Source: an uncultured Candidatus Saccharibacteria bacterium (GTDB lineage: Bacteria > Patescibacteriota > Saccharimonadia > CAILAD01 > GCA-016700035). From it: 29,825 nt of DNA. Below the pieces are notes generated by a model. That model saw nothing but the letters and a program-made list of their open reading frames with translations. It had not been told where the DNA came from and ran no database searches. The stretch lies in the NCBI GenBank assembly GCA_964504625.1, contig CAZDEK010000001.1, forward strand, positions 1-29,825. Reading direction: 5' to 3'. Both the position numbers and the translations under genes were made by a program. Below, piece by piece: positions 18,145-26,334 of the stretch (the stretch's first letter is position 1; every line of letters starts with the position of its first letter).

Positions 18145-19431
18145 TTAGAGATAACGCTGAATCAGCTCGGTGTAGGTGGCCTTAAGATCCTTGGAAGCCC
18201 CAAATGGCACGCGCTTAATGATGAGGTCGTGCATATTCATCATGAGAGCCGGAATGAGGGTAAATTCGCCATAGGTGTCGTTGATCTGATCTGTCGCTTG
18301 TGCGATCTGTCGCTGGCGACTCACCACGGTATCGAAGAGCTCCAGTTGTTCAGGATTAGTGGGCTCCAATGCAAAGACTGACACCCCGAGCTTGGCAATT
18401 GGCTTATCTGATGGCTGGCGTGCAAACAATCGCATCATGGCGGCATAAATGTCATTGGTGGAGTAGAGGATGTTGCGGGTGCGCTCGCTCTTGTGCCAGT
18501 AGCCGCGGTCGTCGTACAGGAGCCAGAGCTGGGCGCCGCGGGCATAGGAGCCGTGGCGACGTAGGCGACGCCCTGTTTTCTCGGAGAGCTTCATGATGAG
18601 ACGGCTCAGCTCGTGCCGATCATCGGTCGCGATATGGATGGCGAAGTCATTGCCGAAGCTCTTGCGACCATAGCTGATACCGTCGACCTCCCAGCCGCGT
18701 AGACGGTGGTACCACCGATAGCCCTCGACGCTACGGAACACCTGGCGGTGTAGGGCTTCGACCGAGGCATCGAGAAATTCCAGAGGTGTGAAGATATCGC
18801 AGGCATTGAGACGAGCTTCATAGCGGTAATTGATGCCACACAGGTCACGCAAGGTGAGATTAGCTAGAGTAGAGCGTAGGTTTGCGGCCGTGATGACATC
18901 GAGACCATCAGGTTTGTGCAGGCTAGCGGCAGTTTTGGCGAGAAAGCGATTCGTGCCGAGGCCGATATTGACCCGCATGTAGTTGCCGAGCTCTTGGCGG
19001 ATGGTCTGCTTGATACGTCGTCCCAGATCAGGCAGGGGCTCGCGATGGATCTGCCGGCTTCTTGCGAAGTCAATGACGAACTCGTCAATTGACAGCGGTG
19101 TGAGGTCACTGGTGTAACGGTAGAGGAGAGCGTAGAGTCTGGCGTTTACATAGAAATATTTGTCCGGGTCGGGCATGAGAAAGACCATATCGGGACAGAT
19201 TGCACGCGCCTCGCGCACGGGTGTGCCGACGCCGATGCCGAGGGCTTTGGCTTCATATGAGGCAGCCAGCACGATGCCGCCTGGGGTGGTGTAGGAACAG
19301 ACACCAACGGGCCGGTTACGCAGGAGGGGGTTGGCCTGCTGCTCGATGGTAGCGAAGGCGCTGTTGAGATCAATGTGCATGACCTGGGGCTCGGCTTGAT
19401 TGAGATGAGGTGTTTCATTGAGGTAAGCCAT
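18145..19431 (-). CDS. Y-family DNA polymerase (DinB/UmuC/PolY-like)
   Basis: 'MHIDLNSAFATIEQ', 'AASYEAK', 'SIDE', 'RFLAKTA...KPDG', little-finger domain, clamp motif 'QLELF', C-terminal RecA-NT-like helix; start moved to MAYLNE (19431), overlapping the upstream small gene. Confidence 0.93.
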   Translation of the reverse strand: MAYLNETPHLNQAEPQVMHIDLNSAFATIEQQANPLLRNRPVGVCSYTTPGGIVLAASYEAKALGIGVGTPVREARAICPDMVFLMPDPDKYFYVNARLYALLYRYTSDLTPLSIDEFVIDFARSRQIHREPLPDLGRRIKQTIRQELGNYMRVNIGLGTNRFLAKTAASLHKPDGLDVITAANLRSTLANLTLRDLCGINYRYEARLNACDIFTPLEFLDASVEALHRQVFRSVEGYRWYHRLRGWEVDGISYGRKSFGNDFAIHIATDDRHELSRLIMKLSEKTGRRLRRHGSYARGAQLWLLYDDRGYWHKSERTRNILYSTNDIYAAMMRLFARQPSDKPIAKLGVSVFALEPTNPEQLELFDTVVSRQRQIAQATDQINDTYGEFTLIPALMMNMHDLIIKRVPFGASKDLKATYTELIQRYL

Positions 19432-19672
19432 CGGAGATCGCCTCCAGGGTCCATTGCAGACTCTCGGTGTTGTAGCGCAGCCGCAAGGAGAGGCTGCCGG
19501 CCGAGCCTTCGAAGATGTGGTGCAAGACGCGCCCTTCGCGCTTCGGGTGAACGAGGCCGATCTCATTCATGGAGTAGTAGCGGCCACGCCATTTGATCTT
19601 CAGTGGCACGACAATGCCCTGTCCACGCTTCGAGACGGTGAGCACGTCCACGATTTCATTCACCTCATGCAT
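19415..19672 (-). CDS. 85-aa beta-rich polymerase-associated protein (ImuB-C/YqjX/DUF6504-like by inspection)
   Basis: MHEVNEIVDV...'PLKIKWRGRYY'...'LRLRYNTESLQWTLE'; TATAAT 6 nt upstream of the ATG; 3' end overlaps the polymerase start. Confidence 0.8.
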   Translation of the reverse strand: MHEVNEIVDVLTVSKRGQGIVVPLKIKWRGRYYSMNEIGLVHPKREGRVLHHIFEGSAGSLSLRLRYNTESLQWTLEAISDGLPQ

Positions 19673-19678
19673 GATCTG

Positions 19679-19724
19679 ATTATACGAACAGTATACGAAC
19701 AATTTCAATAGCTTGGTGTATACT
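19679..19724. promoter_or_regulatory. Divergent leaderless promoters with a direct-repeat LexA-type (SOS) box
   Basis: TATACGAACA repeated at 19681-19690 and 19692-19701, giving GAAC-N7-GAAC; -10 TATAAT (minus, 19679-19684) and TATACT (plus, 19719-19724). Confidence 0.75.
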
Positions 19725-19730
19725 GACAGC

Positions 19731-20408
19731 ATGTGTGGACGATTTGCCTTAGCTGAAGCACGTGAGCTCAAGCAGCGCTTTCATACGAAGAACAGCGTGC
19801 CGGAAGGCGTGCGCCCGAATTTTAATGCTGCGCCCACCCAGGACCTGCCGGTGATCATCGAGACTGACGGTAAGCCGGAGATCAGGGTGATGCACTGGGG
19901 GCTAGTGCCGATCTGGGCGAAGGATAAGCCGCGGTTTGCGTTCTCGACCTTTAACGCCCGCGCTGCATCGCTGACTGAGAAGCCGATGTGGAAGAAGCTG
20001 TTTCCAGCGCGGCGCTGCCTCGTACCGGCGACGGGATTCTATGAATGGCAGAAGCGTGGCTCGGAGAAGCAGCCGTTTTATATCCATGCCGGTAAGGAGC
20101 CGATTTTTGCCATGGCCGGTCTCTATGACGAGTGGATTGATAAGGAGACGGGTGAGGTGTTTGATTCGTTTACCATCATCACGACTGAACCCAATCGAGA
20201 GATGAAGTCGATTCACGACCGCATGCCGGTGATACTAGATCGGGATGAGGAGGCAGTCTGGCTTGATCCGAAAGTGCAAGACGAGGGTGAGCTCATGCCG
20301 CTCTTAAATCCCTATGACTCCGAGATGGAACTCTATGAAGTCGATCGGAAGGTGGGGAATGTGCGGAATAATTCTGGCGATCTCATCAAGCCCCTCAATT
20401 CAGCTTGA
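19731..20408 (+). CDS. SRAP/HMCES (YedK-like) abasic-site protection protein
   Basis: N-terminal MCGRF (catalytic Cys2 fixes the start at 19731), 'NAAPTQ', 'WGLVP.W', 'FNAR', 'GFYEW', 'IHDRMPVIL'. Confidence 0.96.
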   Translation: MCGRFALAEARELKQRFHTKNSVPEGVRPNFNAAPTQDLPVIIETDGKPEIRVMHWGLVPIWAKDKPRFAFSTFNARAASLTEKPMWKKLFPARRCLVPATGFYEWQKRGSEKQPFYIHAGKEPIFAMAGLYDEWIDKETGEVFDSFTIITTEPNREMKSIHDRMPVILDRDEEAVWLDPKVQDEGELMPLLNPYDSEMELYEVDRKVGNVRNNSGDLIKPLNSA

Positions 20409-20447
20409 GTATTTGTCGGTTTCTAGATATAATTACCTGCGTTTTAT

Positions 20448-20524
20448 GGGTCCTTAGCTCAGTTGGCTAGAGCGCTTCCTTGACGTGGAAGAGGTCAGAG
20501 GTTCGAGTCCTCTAGGACCCACCA
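20448..20524 (+). tRNA. tRNA-Val(GAC)
   Basis: GGGTCCT/AGGACCC acceptor, CTTCC-TT GAC GT-GGAAG, GGTTCGAGTCC, ACCA; TTGAGT-17-TATAAT promoter upstream. Confidence 0.96.
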
Positions 20525-20560
20525 TCTTGCGAGTTTATCAAAACCGACTATACTGAAAAT

Positions 20561-20714
20561 TACATAGGGTGTTTGAGTCTGGCCTCACCAACCTGACGAG
20601 CCCCGTAGCTGTGGGCGTCACGCGCAGCAAGAAGAGCGATCCACGTGCCGTGGATAAGCCTGGTGGAACCCCCCGGAAACGGGGCCAGGCAATCGGCAGG
20701 TGGTTTTATTTTTT
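20561..20714 (+). promoter_or_regulatory. T-box riboswitch leader of thrS
   Basis: Antiterminator GCCTGG-[TGGAACC]-CCCCG-gaaa-CGGGG-CCAGGC (20658-20690), preceded by Stem III ATCCACG-tgc-CGTGGAT; U-rich tract follows; promoter TTGCGA-16-TATACT (20527-20554). Confidence 0.85.
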
Positions 20715-20729
20715 ATAAGGAGAAGTAAG

Positions 20730-22547
20730 ATGGCAGATCAGCACTCATCACCCGAATCTCTCGAAGCAATGCGACATAGCTTGGCGCATGTCTTTGCCGC
20801 AGCCGTGCAGCAGCTCTACCCAGAGGCTCAATTTGGTGTCGGCCCGGTCGTTGAAAATGGTTTTTATTATGATGTGAAGCTCCCTGAAGCTTTGTCAGAT
20901 AAGGATTTGCCCAAGATAGAGAAGGCAATGCGTAAGCTGATCGCTCGCAACCTGCCTATGGAGCGAGAAGAGTGGTCTATCGAAGAAGCAATTCGCTATT
21001 TCCAAGAACACAACCAACCGTTTAAGGTGGAGTTGCTGCAAGATTTACAGCAGCATGGTACGACAAGCATAAAAAATATCAACGCAAGTGAGCTAGGCGC
21101 CGATGCCGCTGCTGACAAAATTACTACGGTTAGTGTGTACAAAACCGGTAACTTTGTCGATCTCTGCCGGGGTCCACATGTGGATACTATAGGCGAACTC
21201 GGCGCATTTAAGCTGACAAAGCTGGCTGGAGCCTACTGGCGCGGTGACGAGAAGCGAGAACAGCTGCAACGGGTATACGGTGTGGGCTTTGTGACAGCTG
21301 AAGAGCTTGACCATCACCTTGCAATGCTCGAAGAGGCGGCTAAGCGTGACCATCGTAAGCTCGGTCGCGAGCTTGACCTGTTTGCCTTTTCTGATTTAGT
21401 TGGCGCCGGCCTGCCGCTCTGGACGCCGCGTGGCACCATCATTCGCCGCGAACTTGATCGCTTCGTGCAGAGCTTGCGTGATGAATTCTACTTCGAGGAA
21501 GTGACCATTCCACATATCACTAAGAAAGACCTGTACGAAACCAGCGGTCATTGGGATAAATTTAAGGACGAGCTCTTTAAGATTGAGACCCGTGAGGGGC
21601 ATGAATTTGCCATGAAGCCGATGAACTGCCCGCATCACACCCAGATCTTTGCCAGTCGTCCGCGGAGTTATCGAGAGATGCCAGTGCGCTATCGAGAGAC
21701 TACCATGGTATATCGCGATGAGCAAAGCGGTGAGCTGCACGGTTTGGCTAGAGTGCGGGCGATCACTCAGGATGATGCCCATATTTTCTGTCGTCCAAGC
21801 CAGGTTCGAGATGAAGTGGAAAAAGTCTGGCAGATCATTGAAAGATTCTGGGGGGCCTTTGGCATCGAGTTGAAAGTCCGTCTTTCGACACACGATCCGC
21901 AAGATATGAAGGGCTACTTGGGAACTGAAGCGCAGTGGGAGGAAGCTGTAGCTCAGCTGCAGACAGTGATTGAGTCACGGGGCGTGGACTTCATGCCTGG
22001 TGTAGGTGAGGCTGCATTTTATGGGCCGAAGATTGATTTTATTGGCTCCGATGCATTGGGACGAGAATTTCAGGCATCGACTATCCAGCTCGACTTCAAT
22101 ATGCCGGGTCGGTTCGGACTAGCCTGTATCGATGAACAGGGGCAGCGTGAGCAGCCAGTGATGGTGCATTGTGCGATTGCCGGGTCATTAGAGCGGACTA
22201 TTGTCTTGCTCTTGGAGCACTATGCTGGTGCTTTACCGACTTGGCTGGCTCCTGAGCAGGTACGAATCATACCGGTTAGCGAGAATTATGTAGAGTATGC
22301 CGAAAAAGTTCGACAGGAGTTAGTGCAGGAGGGGATGCGTGTAAGCGTTAGCGCAGAAAACGAGTCGCTAGGAAAGCGTATCAGACAGGCTGAACTTACT
22401 AAAGTTCCCTATGTACTGGTGGTAGGTGAAAAAGAGCTTGAAGGGCAGACCGTAGCAGTTCGCAAATATGGTGAAGGTGATCAAGGTAGCGAATTAATTA
22501 GTGATTTTGTTGAAAAAATAACATCGGATACGCCTATAAATAGCTAA
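20730..22547 (+). CDS. thrS: Threonine--tRNA ligase (short form without the N-terminal TGS domain)
   Basis: 'MRHSLAH', 'DLCRGPH', 'RDHRKLG', 'KPMNCP.H', 'AAFYGPKID', anticodon-binding domain; AAGGAG SD before ATG 20730. Confidence 0.97.
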   Translation: MADQHSSPESLEAMRHSLAHVFAAAVQQLYPEAQFGVGPVVENGFYYDVKLPEALSDKDLPKIEKAMRKLIARNLPMEREEWSIEEAIRYFQEHNQPFKVELLQDLQQHGTTSIKNINASELGADAAADKITTVSVYKTGNFVDLCRGPHVDTIGELGAFKLTKLAGAYWRGDEKREQLQRVYGVGFVTAEELDHHLAMLEEAAKRDHRKLGRELDLFAFSDLVGAGLPLWTPRGTIIRRELDRFVQSLRDEFYFEEVTIPHITKKDLYETSGHWDKFKDELFKIETREGHEFAMKPMNCPHHTQIFASRPRSYREMPVRYRETTMVYRDEQSGELHGLARVRAITQDDAHIFCRPSQVRDEVEKVWQIIERFWGAFGIELKVRLSTHDPQDMKGYLGTEAQWEEAVAQLQTVIESRGVDFMPGVGEAAFYGPKIDFIGSDALGREFQASTIQLDFNMPGRFGLACIDEQGQREQPVMVHCAIAGSLERTIVLLLEHYAGALPTWLAPEQVRIIPVSENYVEYAEKVRQELVQEGMRVSVSAENESLGKRIRQAELTKVPYVLVVGEKELEGQTVAVRKYGEGDQGSELISDFVEKITSDTPINS

Positions 22548-22552
22548 TCATT

Positions 22553-23431
22553 ATGGGCAAGCAACTCGATGGAGGTAAATTATTGGCCATTGTGGGGCCG
22601 ACAGCGACTGGAAAAACCGGGATTTCATTACGATTGGCGAAGGAGTGGGGTGCCGATATCTTGTGTGTTGATTCTCGCACGATTTATCGCCACATGGATA
22701 TCGGCACAGCAAAACCCACATCTGAAGAGCGGGCACAGATAGTGCATTATGGGCTAGATCTTATCAACCCTGGAGATGAGTTCTCAGTTTATGACTTCTG
22801 TAAGTATGCACGTCCAATAGTGAACGATTATCAAGCAAGAGGTAAGCCACTTATTTTAGTTGGTGGGTCGGGGATGTATTTTGATGCACTCATATTTGAC
22901 TATCGCTTTCGTGATTTTCACATTGATTGGCCGACTATAGAGGCTATGTCAGATGATGAGGTAGAGCGAGCAGTTCAGCAGCAATATCCCGAGCTTATAG
23001 ACAGTTATGATGTGAAGAATACTCGTCGATTGCGCCAGCTTTTGGCAAAAGGGCCCGCCAATACTGATGATAGAAAAACACTCAAATATCCCATGAAAAT
23101 CATTGGTCTAAAGTCAATACCAGATAGGCATAAGCAAACAATTGCCAATAGGACTAAAAATATGTTGAATCAAGGATTTGTTCAAGAAGTAGAAATGCTA
23201 CAAATGCGCTATGGGGATCATTGTCCGCAGCTACAAACGACTGGATACGGGGCAGTTATGAAGTATCTGCATTCTAAGGGGCCAATATCTGAATTAGTCG
23301 CTGCCATTAATAGCCAAACCTGGCAATTAGTCCGGAAGCAGCGCACATGGTTCAGGCGTAATCCTCATATCGAGTGGCATGATTCGGAGGAATCTGGTCT
23401 CGTCGAATACCTACTGACGCTATCTCAATAA
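22553..23431 (+). CDS. miaA: tRNA dimethylallyltransferase
   Basis: 'GPTATGKT', 'DSRTIYRHMDIGTAKP', 'VGGSGMY', 'RKQRTWFR'. Confidence 0.95.
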   Translation: MGKQLDGGKLLAIVGPTATGKTGISLRLAKEWGADILCVDSRTIYRHMDIGTAKPTSEERAQIVHYGLDLINPGDEFSVYDFCKYARPIVNDYQARGKPLILVGGSGMYFDALIFDYRFRDFHIDWPTIEAMSDDEVERAVQQQYPELIDSYDVKNTRRLRQLLAKGPANTDDRKTLKYPMKIIGLKSIPDRHKQTIANRTKNMLNQGFVQEVEMLQMRYGDHCPQLQTTGYGAVMKYLHSKGPISELVAAINSQTWQLVRKQRTWFRRNPHIEWHDSEESGLVEYLLTLSQ

Positions 23432-23448
23432 AGCTATACAATACCACT

Positions 23449-24789
23449 ATGAGCTTTCGTGATGATCTCGCCGTATTGGTGGGCCGTATTGGTGGGGCTA
23501 CTCATAGGCTTTTTACTGGCCGTGAGTCTACTGCTTTACCCGGTTATGTTGCTGAGCGTCTCGGCAATGATCCGCTGCACATGCTGGTAAGTAAGCGGCG
23601 CTATAGGGCGATTATCTGTATTACTGGCACCAATGGAAAAACTACTACAACATTATTGACGCGAACAGCGCTTGAGCAGGCTGGCTATGTAGTGGTAAAT
23701 AATAGCTCTGGCTCAAATCTGTATCGAGGTATTTTGACGACAATCATGCATGATGTTCGGCAAGGTTATGAAACAATACTCTTGCTTGAGGTCGATGAAG
23801 CCAGTATGCCTCGTGTTATGCAGGCTGTACGACCGACTCACTGCGTTGTGCTGAATCTCTTTCGTGATCAACTAGATCGCTATGGGGAAGTGGATACGAC
23901 CCGACAGCTACTCGAAACTGCGTTCCAAAAGTATCCTAGCCTTGAATTGATCTTAAATGCCGATGATCCGCATGTCGCAAATCTTGGACTACATCAAAGA
24001 GCAAAGTATTTTGGTCTTGACCTAAAAGGCTTGAAAGCATTGCCACATGATCACGCCGCAGATGTGCCGTTAAGTCCTATCACTGGGTCTGTAATCGAGT
24101 ATCGGCAGCGCTATTTTGGTCATGTAGGTATTTGGCAAGCGATTGATGGCAGTGTGTCGCGACCGCAGCGCTCGTTGCGGGTAGTTGAGAGTGAGCATAG
24201 ACCTGATGGTCAAAAATTAACGATAAAGATGGGTAAAATACAACATACTCTTTCGACAAATCTTACAGGTGCATATAGTCTATATAATGTCGCAGCTACA
24301 ACGCTACTTATGCAAGAATTGGGTGTATCGATCGAGAATGTGCAAAAGGCAATGCTATACAGTAGAACAGCCTTTGGTCGACAAGAGATATTGCACTATC
24401 AGGGAGCTCAGCTGACGTTCTTTCTCATTAAGAACCCTACCGGCTTTAACCAGGTGATACAGTCCCATCTGCAGAGTAATGCTAGGACGCCACTGCTGTT
24501 TATCATTAATGATAATTTTGCAGATGGTCGAGATATCTCATGGCTATGGGATGCCGCTATAGAAGACATGCATATACGAGGTCGGATTTTGGTATCCGGA
24601 TCACGTGCTTATGACATGGCCCTCAGGTTAGAATACGCAGGGTTCGCTTGTGAGGTCGAGATGGATGTAGCCAAGGCATTACAGCGGCTTGCTGAAATCT
24701 CGGCTGAGGGCGCCGCATATGTGATGCCGACCTACACGGCGCTACTGCAGTGCCGAAAACTGATGTCCCTAGATCTGGAGCATAAGTAA
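23449..24789 (+). CDS. murT: Lipid II isoglutaminyl synthase subunit MurT (Mur ligase plus DUF1727)
   Basis: 'TGTNGKTTT', 'LEVDEA', 'NLFRDQLDRYGE', 'KNPTG', 'ADGRDISWLWD'; followed by gatD. Confidence 0.93.
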   Translation: MSFRDDLAVLVGRIGGATHRLFTGRESTALPGYVAERLGNDPLHMLVSKRRYRAIICITGTNGKTTTTLLTRTALEQAGYVVVNNSSGSNLYRGILTTIMHDVRQGYETILLLEVDEASMPRVMQAVRPTHCVVLNLFRDQLDRYGEVDTTRQLLETAFQKYPSLELILNADDPHVANLGLHQRAKYFGLDLKGLKALPHDHAADVPLSPITGSVIEYRQRYFGHVGIWQAIDGSVSRPQRSLRVVESEHRPDGQKLTIKMGKIQHTLSTNLTGAYSLYNVAATTLLMQELGVSIENVQKAMLYSRTAFGRQEILHYQGAQLTFFLIKNPTGFNQVIQSHLQSNARTPLLFIINDNFADGRDISWLWDAAIEDMHIRGRILVSGSRAYDMALRLEYAGFACEVEMDVAKALQRLAEISAEGAAYVMPTYTALLQCRKLMSLDLEHK

Positions 24790-25502
24790 TGAAGCGGCAG
24801 CTAAAATTGCTCTATCTATATCCCTATGAAATGAATACATATGGTGATTGGGGAAATGTGCAGGTGCTTATTCGGCGGGCCGAGGCACGCGGTATTGGAT
24901 TGACAGTAATTGAGCACCGGCCTGGCGACAAGCTACCTCGGACTATTGATGGACTATTTATGGGTGGAGGTCAGGACAGCGGGCAGAGCTTGATCATGCA
25001 GGATTTTCATAAGATCGGTGATACGCTTACGGAGTGGGTCGAGAATGATCTTGCAGTACTAACTATCTGCGGTGGCTATCAGCTGTTTGGCAAGGCGTTC
25101 CATCTTCAGGATGGACGGGTTCTTGAGGGAATCGGCGCATTCGATGCGGAAACATTTGCGACTGACGGTCGACTTATCGGTAATATTAAGGTTAAGTCGG
25201 GCGATTTTGGAGAAATCCTCGGCTTTGAAAATCACTCAGGTCGAACCGTATTGGGACCGACAGCCCAACCCCTTGGAAGAGTGTTGCTCGGGGCTGGTAA
25301 TAACGGAAAAGACAAGACCGAGGGATGTCTGTACAGACGGGCGATAGGGACCTACATGCACGGTCCTTTGCTACCAAAGAATCCAGCAATCGCGGATTGG
25401 CTCTTAGCGGCAATGATGGGTATTTCGAGTACAGAATTAGTTCAGCTTGATGATCAATTTGTTGAATCGGCTAGGAAGTATGCAGGTCGAAGACCGCGGT
25501 AG
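24789..25502 (+). CDS. gatD: Lipid II isoglutaminyl synthase glutaminase subunit GatD
   Basis: 'MNTYGDWGN', 'GGGQD', 'ICGGYQL', 'GFENHSG', 'TYMHGPLLPKNP'; TAATG overlap with murT. Confidence 0.94.
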   Translation: MKRQLKLLYLYPYEMNTYGDWGNVQVLIRRAEARGIGLTVIEHRPGDKLPRTIDGLFMGGGQDSGQSLIMQDFHKIGDTLTEWVENDLAVLTICGGYQLFGKAFHLQDGRVLEGIGAFDAETFATDGRLIGNIKVKSGDFGEILGFENHSGRTVLGPTAQPLGRVLLGAGNNGKDKTEGCLYRRAIGTYMHGPLLPKNPAIADWLLAAMMGISSTELVQLDDQFVESARKYAGRRPR

Positions 25503-25626
25503 TTATTCAATCCTAATTTGCTTTGTATTCACTTTCTGACTTGCGAAACTACTCGATTGCCATTGAGCTTCTGCACTCATATCGTGTACACTAGTGAGTA
25601 AGAAAATTACGAGGGTAGGGGCTAGG

Positions 25627-26334
25627 ATGCAAATCGACTCGCTTTTCGGCTCAAAAACACGGGTAAAATTATTGAGCCTTTTTTATAACAATCCCGAGCG
25701 CCCTTTTTACGTTCGTGAAATCACCCGCAAAATTAATGAGCAGATAAACTCGGTTCGGCGCGAGCTGCAGAATCTGCTCAATATCGGTATCGTCAAGTCG
25801 GTCAATCAGTCGAACCGGTTGTACTATGAAGTAGATCCGAGCTTTAAGTTTCATAGTGAGTTGATGTCGATCTTTCAGCGGATTCCTGCCCGATCAAAAG
25901 AGATTAAGGAAACCAAAGAAGAAGATCAGATCTTAAAGCGTCTGCAAAAGGCTGGCAACATTCGTGTCTTGTTTCTTTCGGGGGCATTTGTACGCGGCAG
26001 TATGCAGAACGTTGATATTTTTATCGTTGGTGACATGAATAAGGCCAAGTTGGCGCAGGTTATCAGCGAGATGGAGGCAACAATGAGCCGAGAGCTGAAC
26101 TACACGACGTTCCGCCTTGAAGATTTTGACTATCGGCGCAATCTTAATGATCGGTTCTTACTCGATATGCTCGATGCTAAGAAGATCGTTTTGAAAGATG
26201 ATTTAGGAGTATTTAAAGCAGACCAGGCTAAGCCTGAGCGGGCTGAACCCGTCTCAGTGAGCGTCAATACTTCTGAACCTAATCCAAATATCACCACCGA
26301 GGAGGCGATGCGCATGGCTCGTTCAGAACAATAG
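25627..26334 (+). CDS. Winged-HTH protein fused to a degenerate minimal nucleotidyltransferase domain
   Basis: 'LFGSKTRVKLL..F...FYVREITR...INSVRRELQNL...GI' wHTH; 'LSGAFV....VDIFIVGD...RELNY' NTase-like. Start 25627 (alternative 25594). Confidence 0.8.
   Translation: MQIDSLFGSKTRVKLLSLFYNNPERPFYVREITRKINEQINSVRRELQNLLNIGIVKSVNQSNRLYYEVDPSFKFHSELMSIFQRIPARSKEIKETKEEDQILKRLQKAGNIRVLFLSGAFVRGSMQNVDIFIVGDMNKAKLAQVISEMEATMSRELNYTTFRLEDFDYRRNLNDRFLLDMLDAKKIVLKDDLGVFKADQAKPERAEPVSVSVNTSEPNPNITTEEAMRMARSEQ

Noticed and set aside
19432..19566. N-terminal extension of the Y-family polymerase in the ORF track
   Set aside because: Overlaps the 85-aa gene in another frame; polymerase homology begins near MAYLNE...MHIDLNS
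20650..20657. GTGGATAA as a DnaA box in the thrS leader
   Set aside because: Explained as the 3' strand of T-box Stem III plus the conserved AA before the T-box sequence
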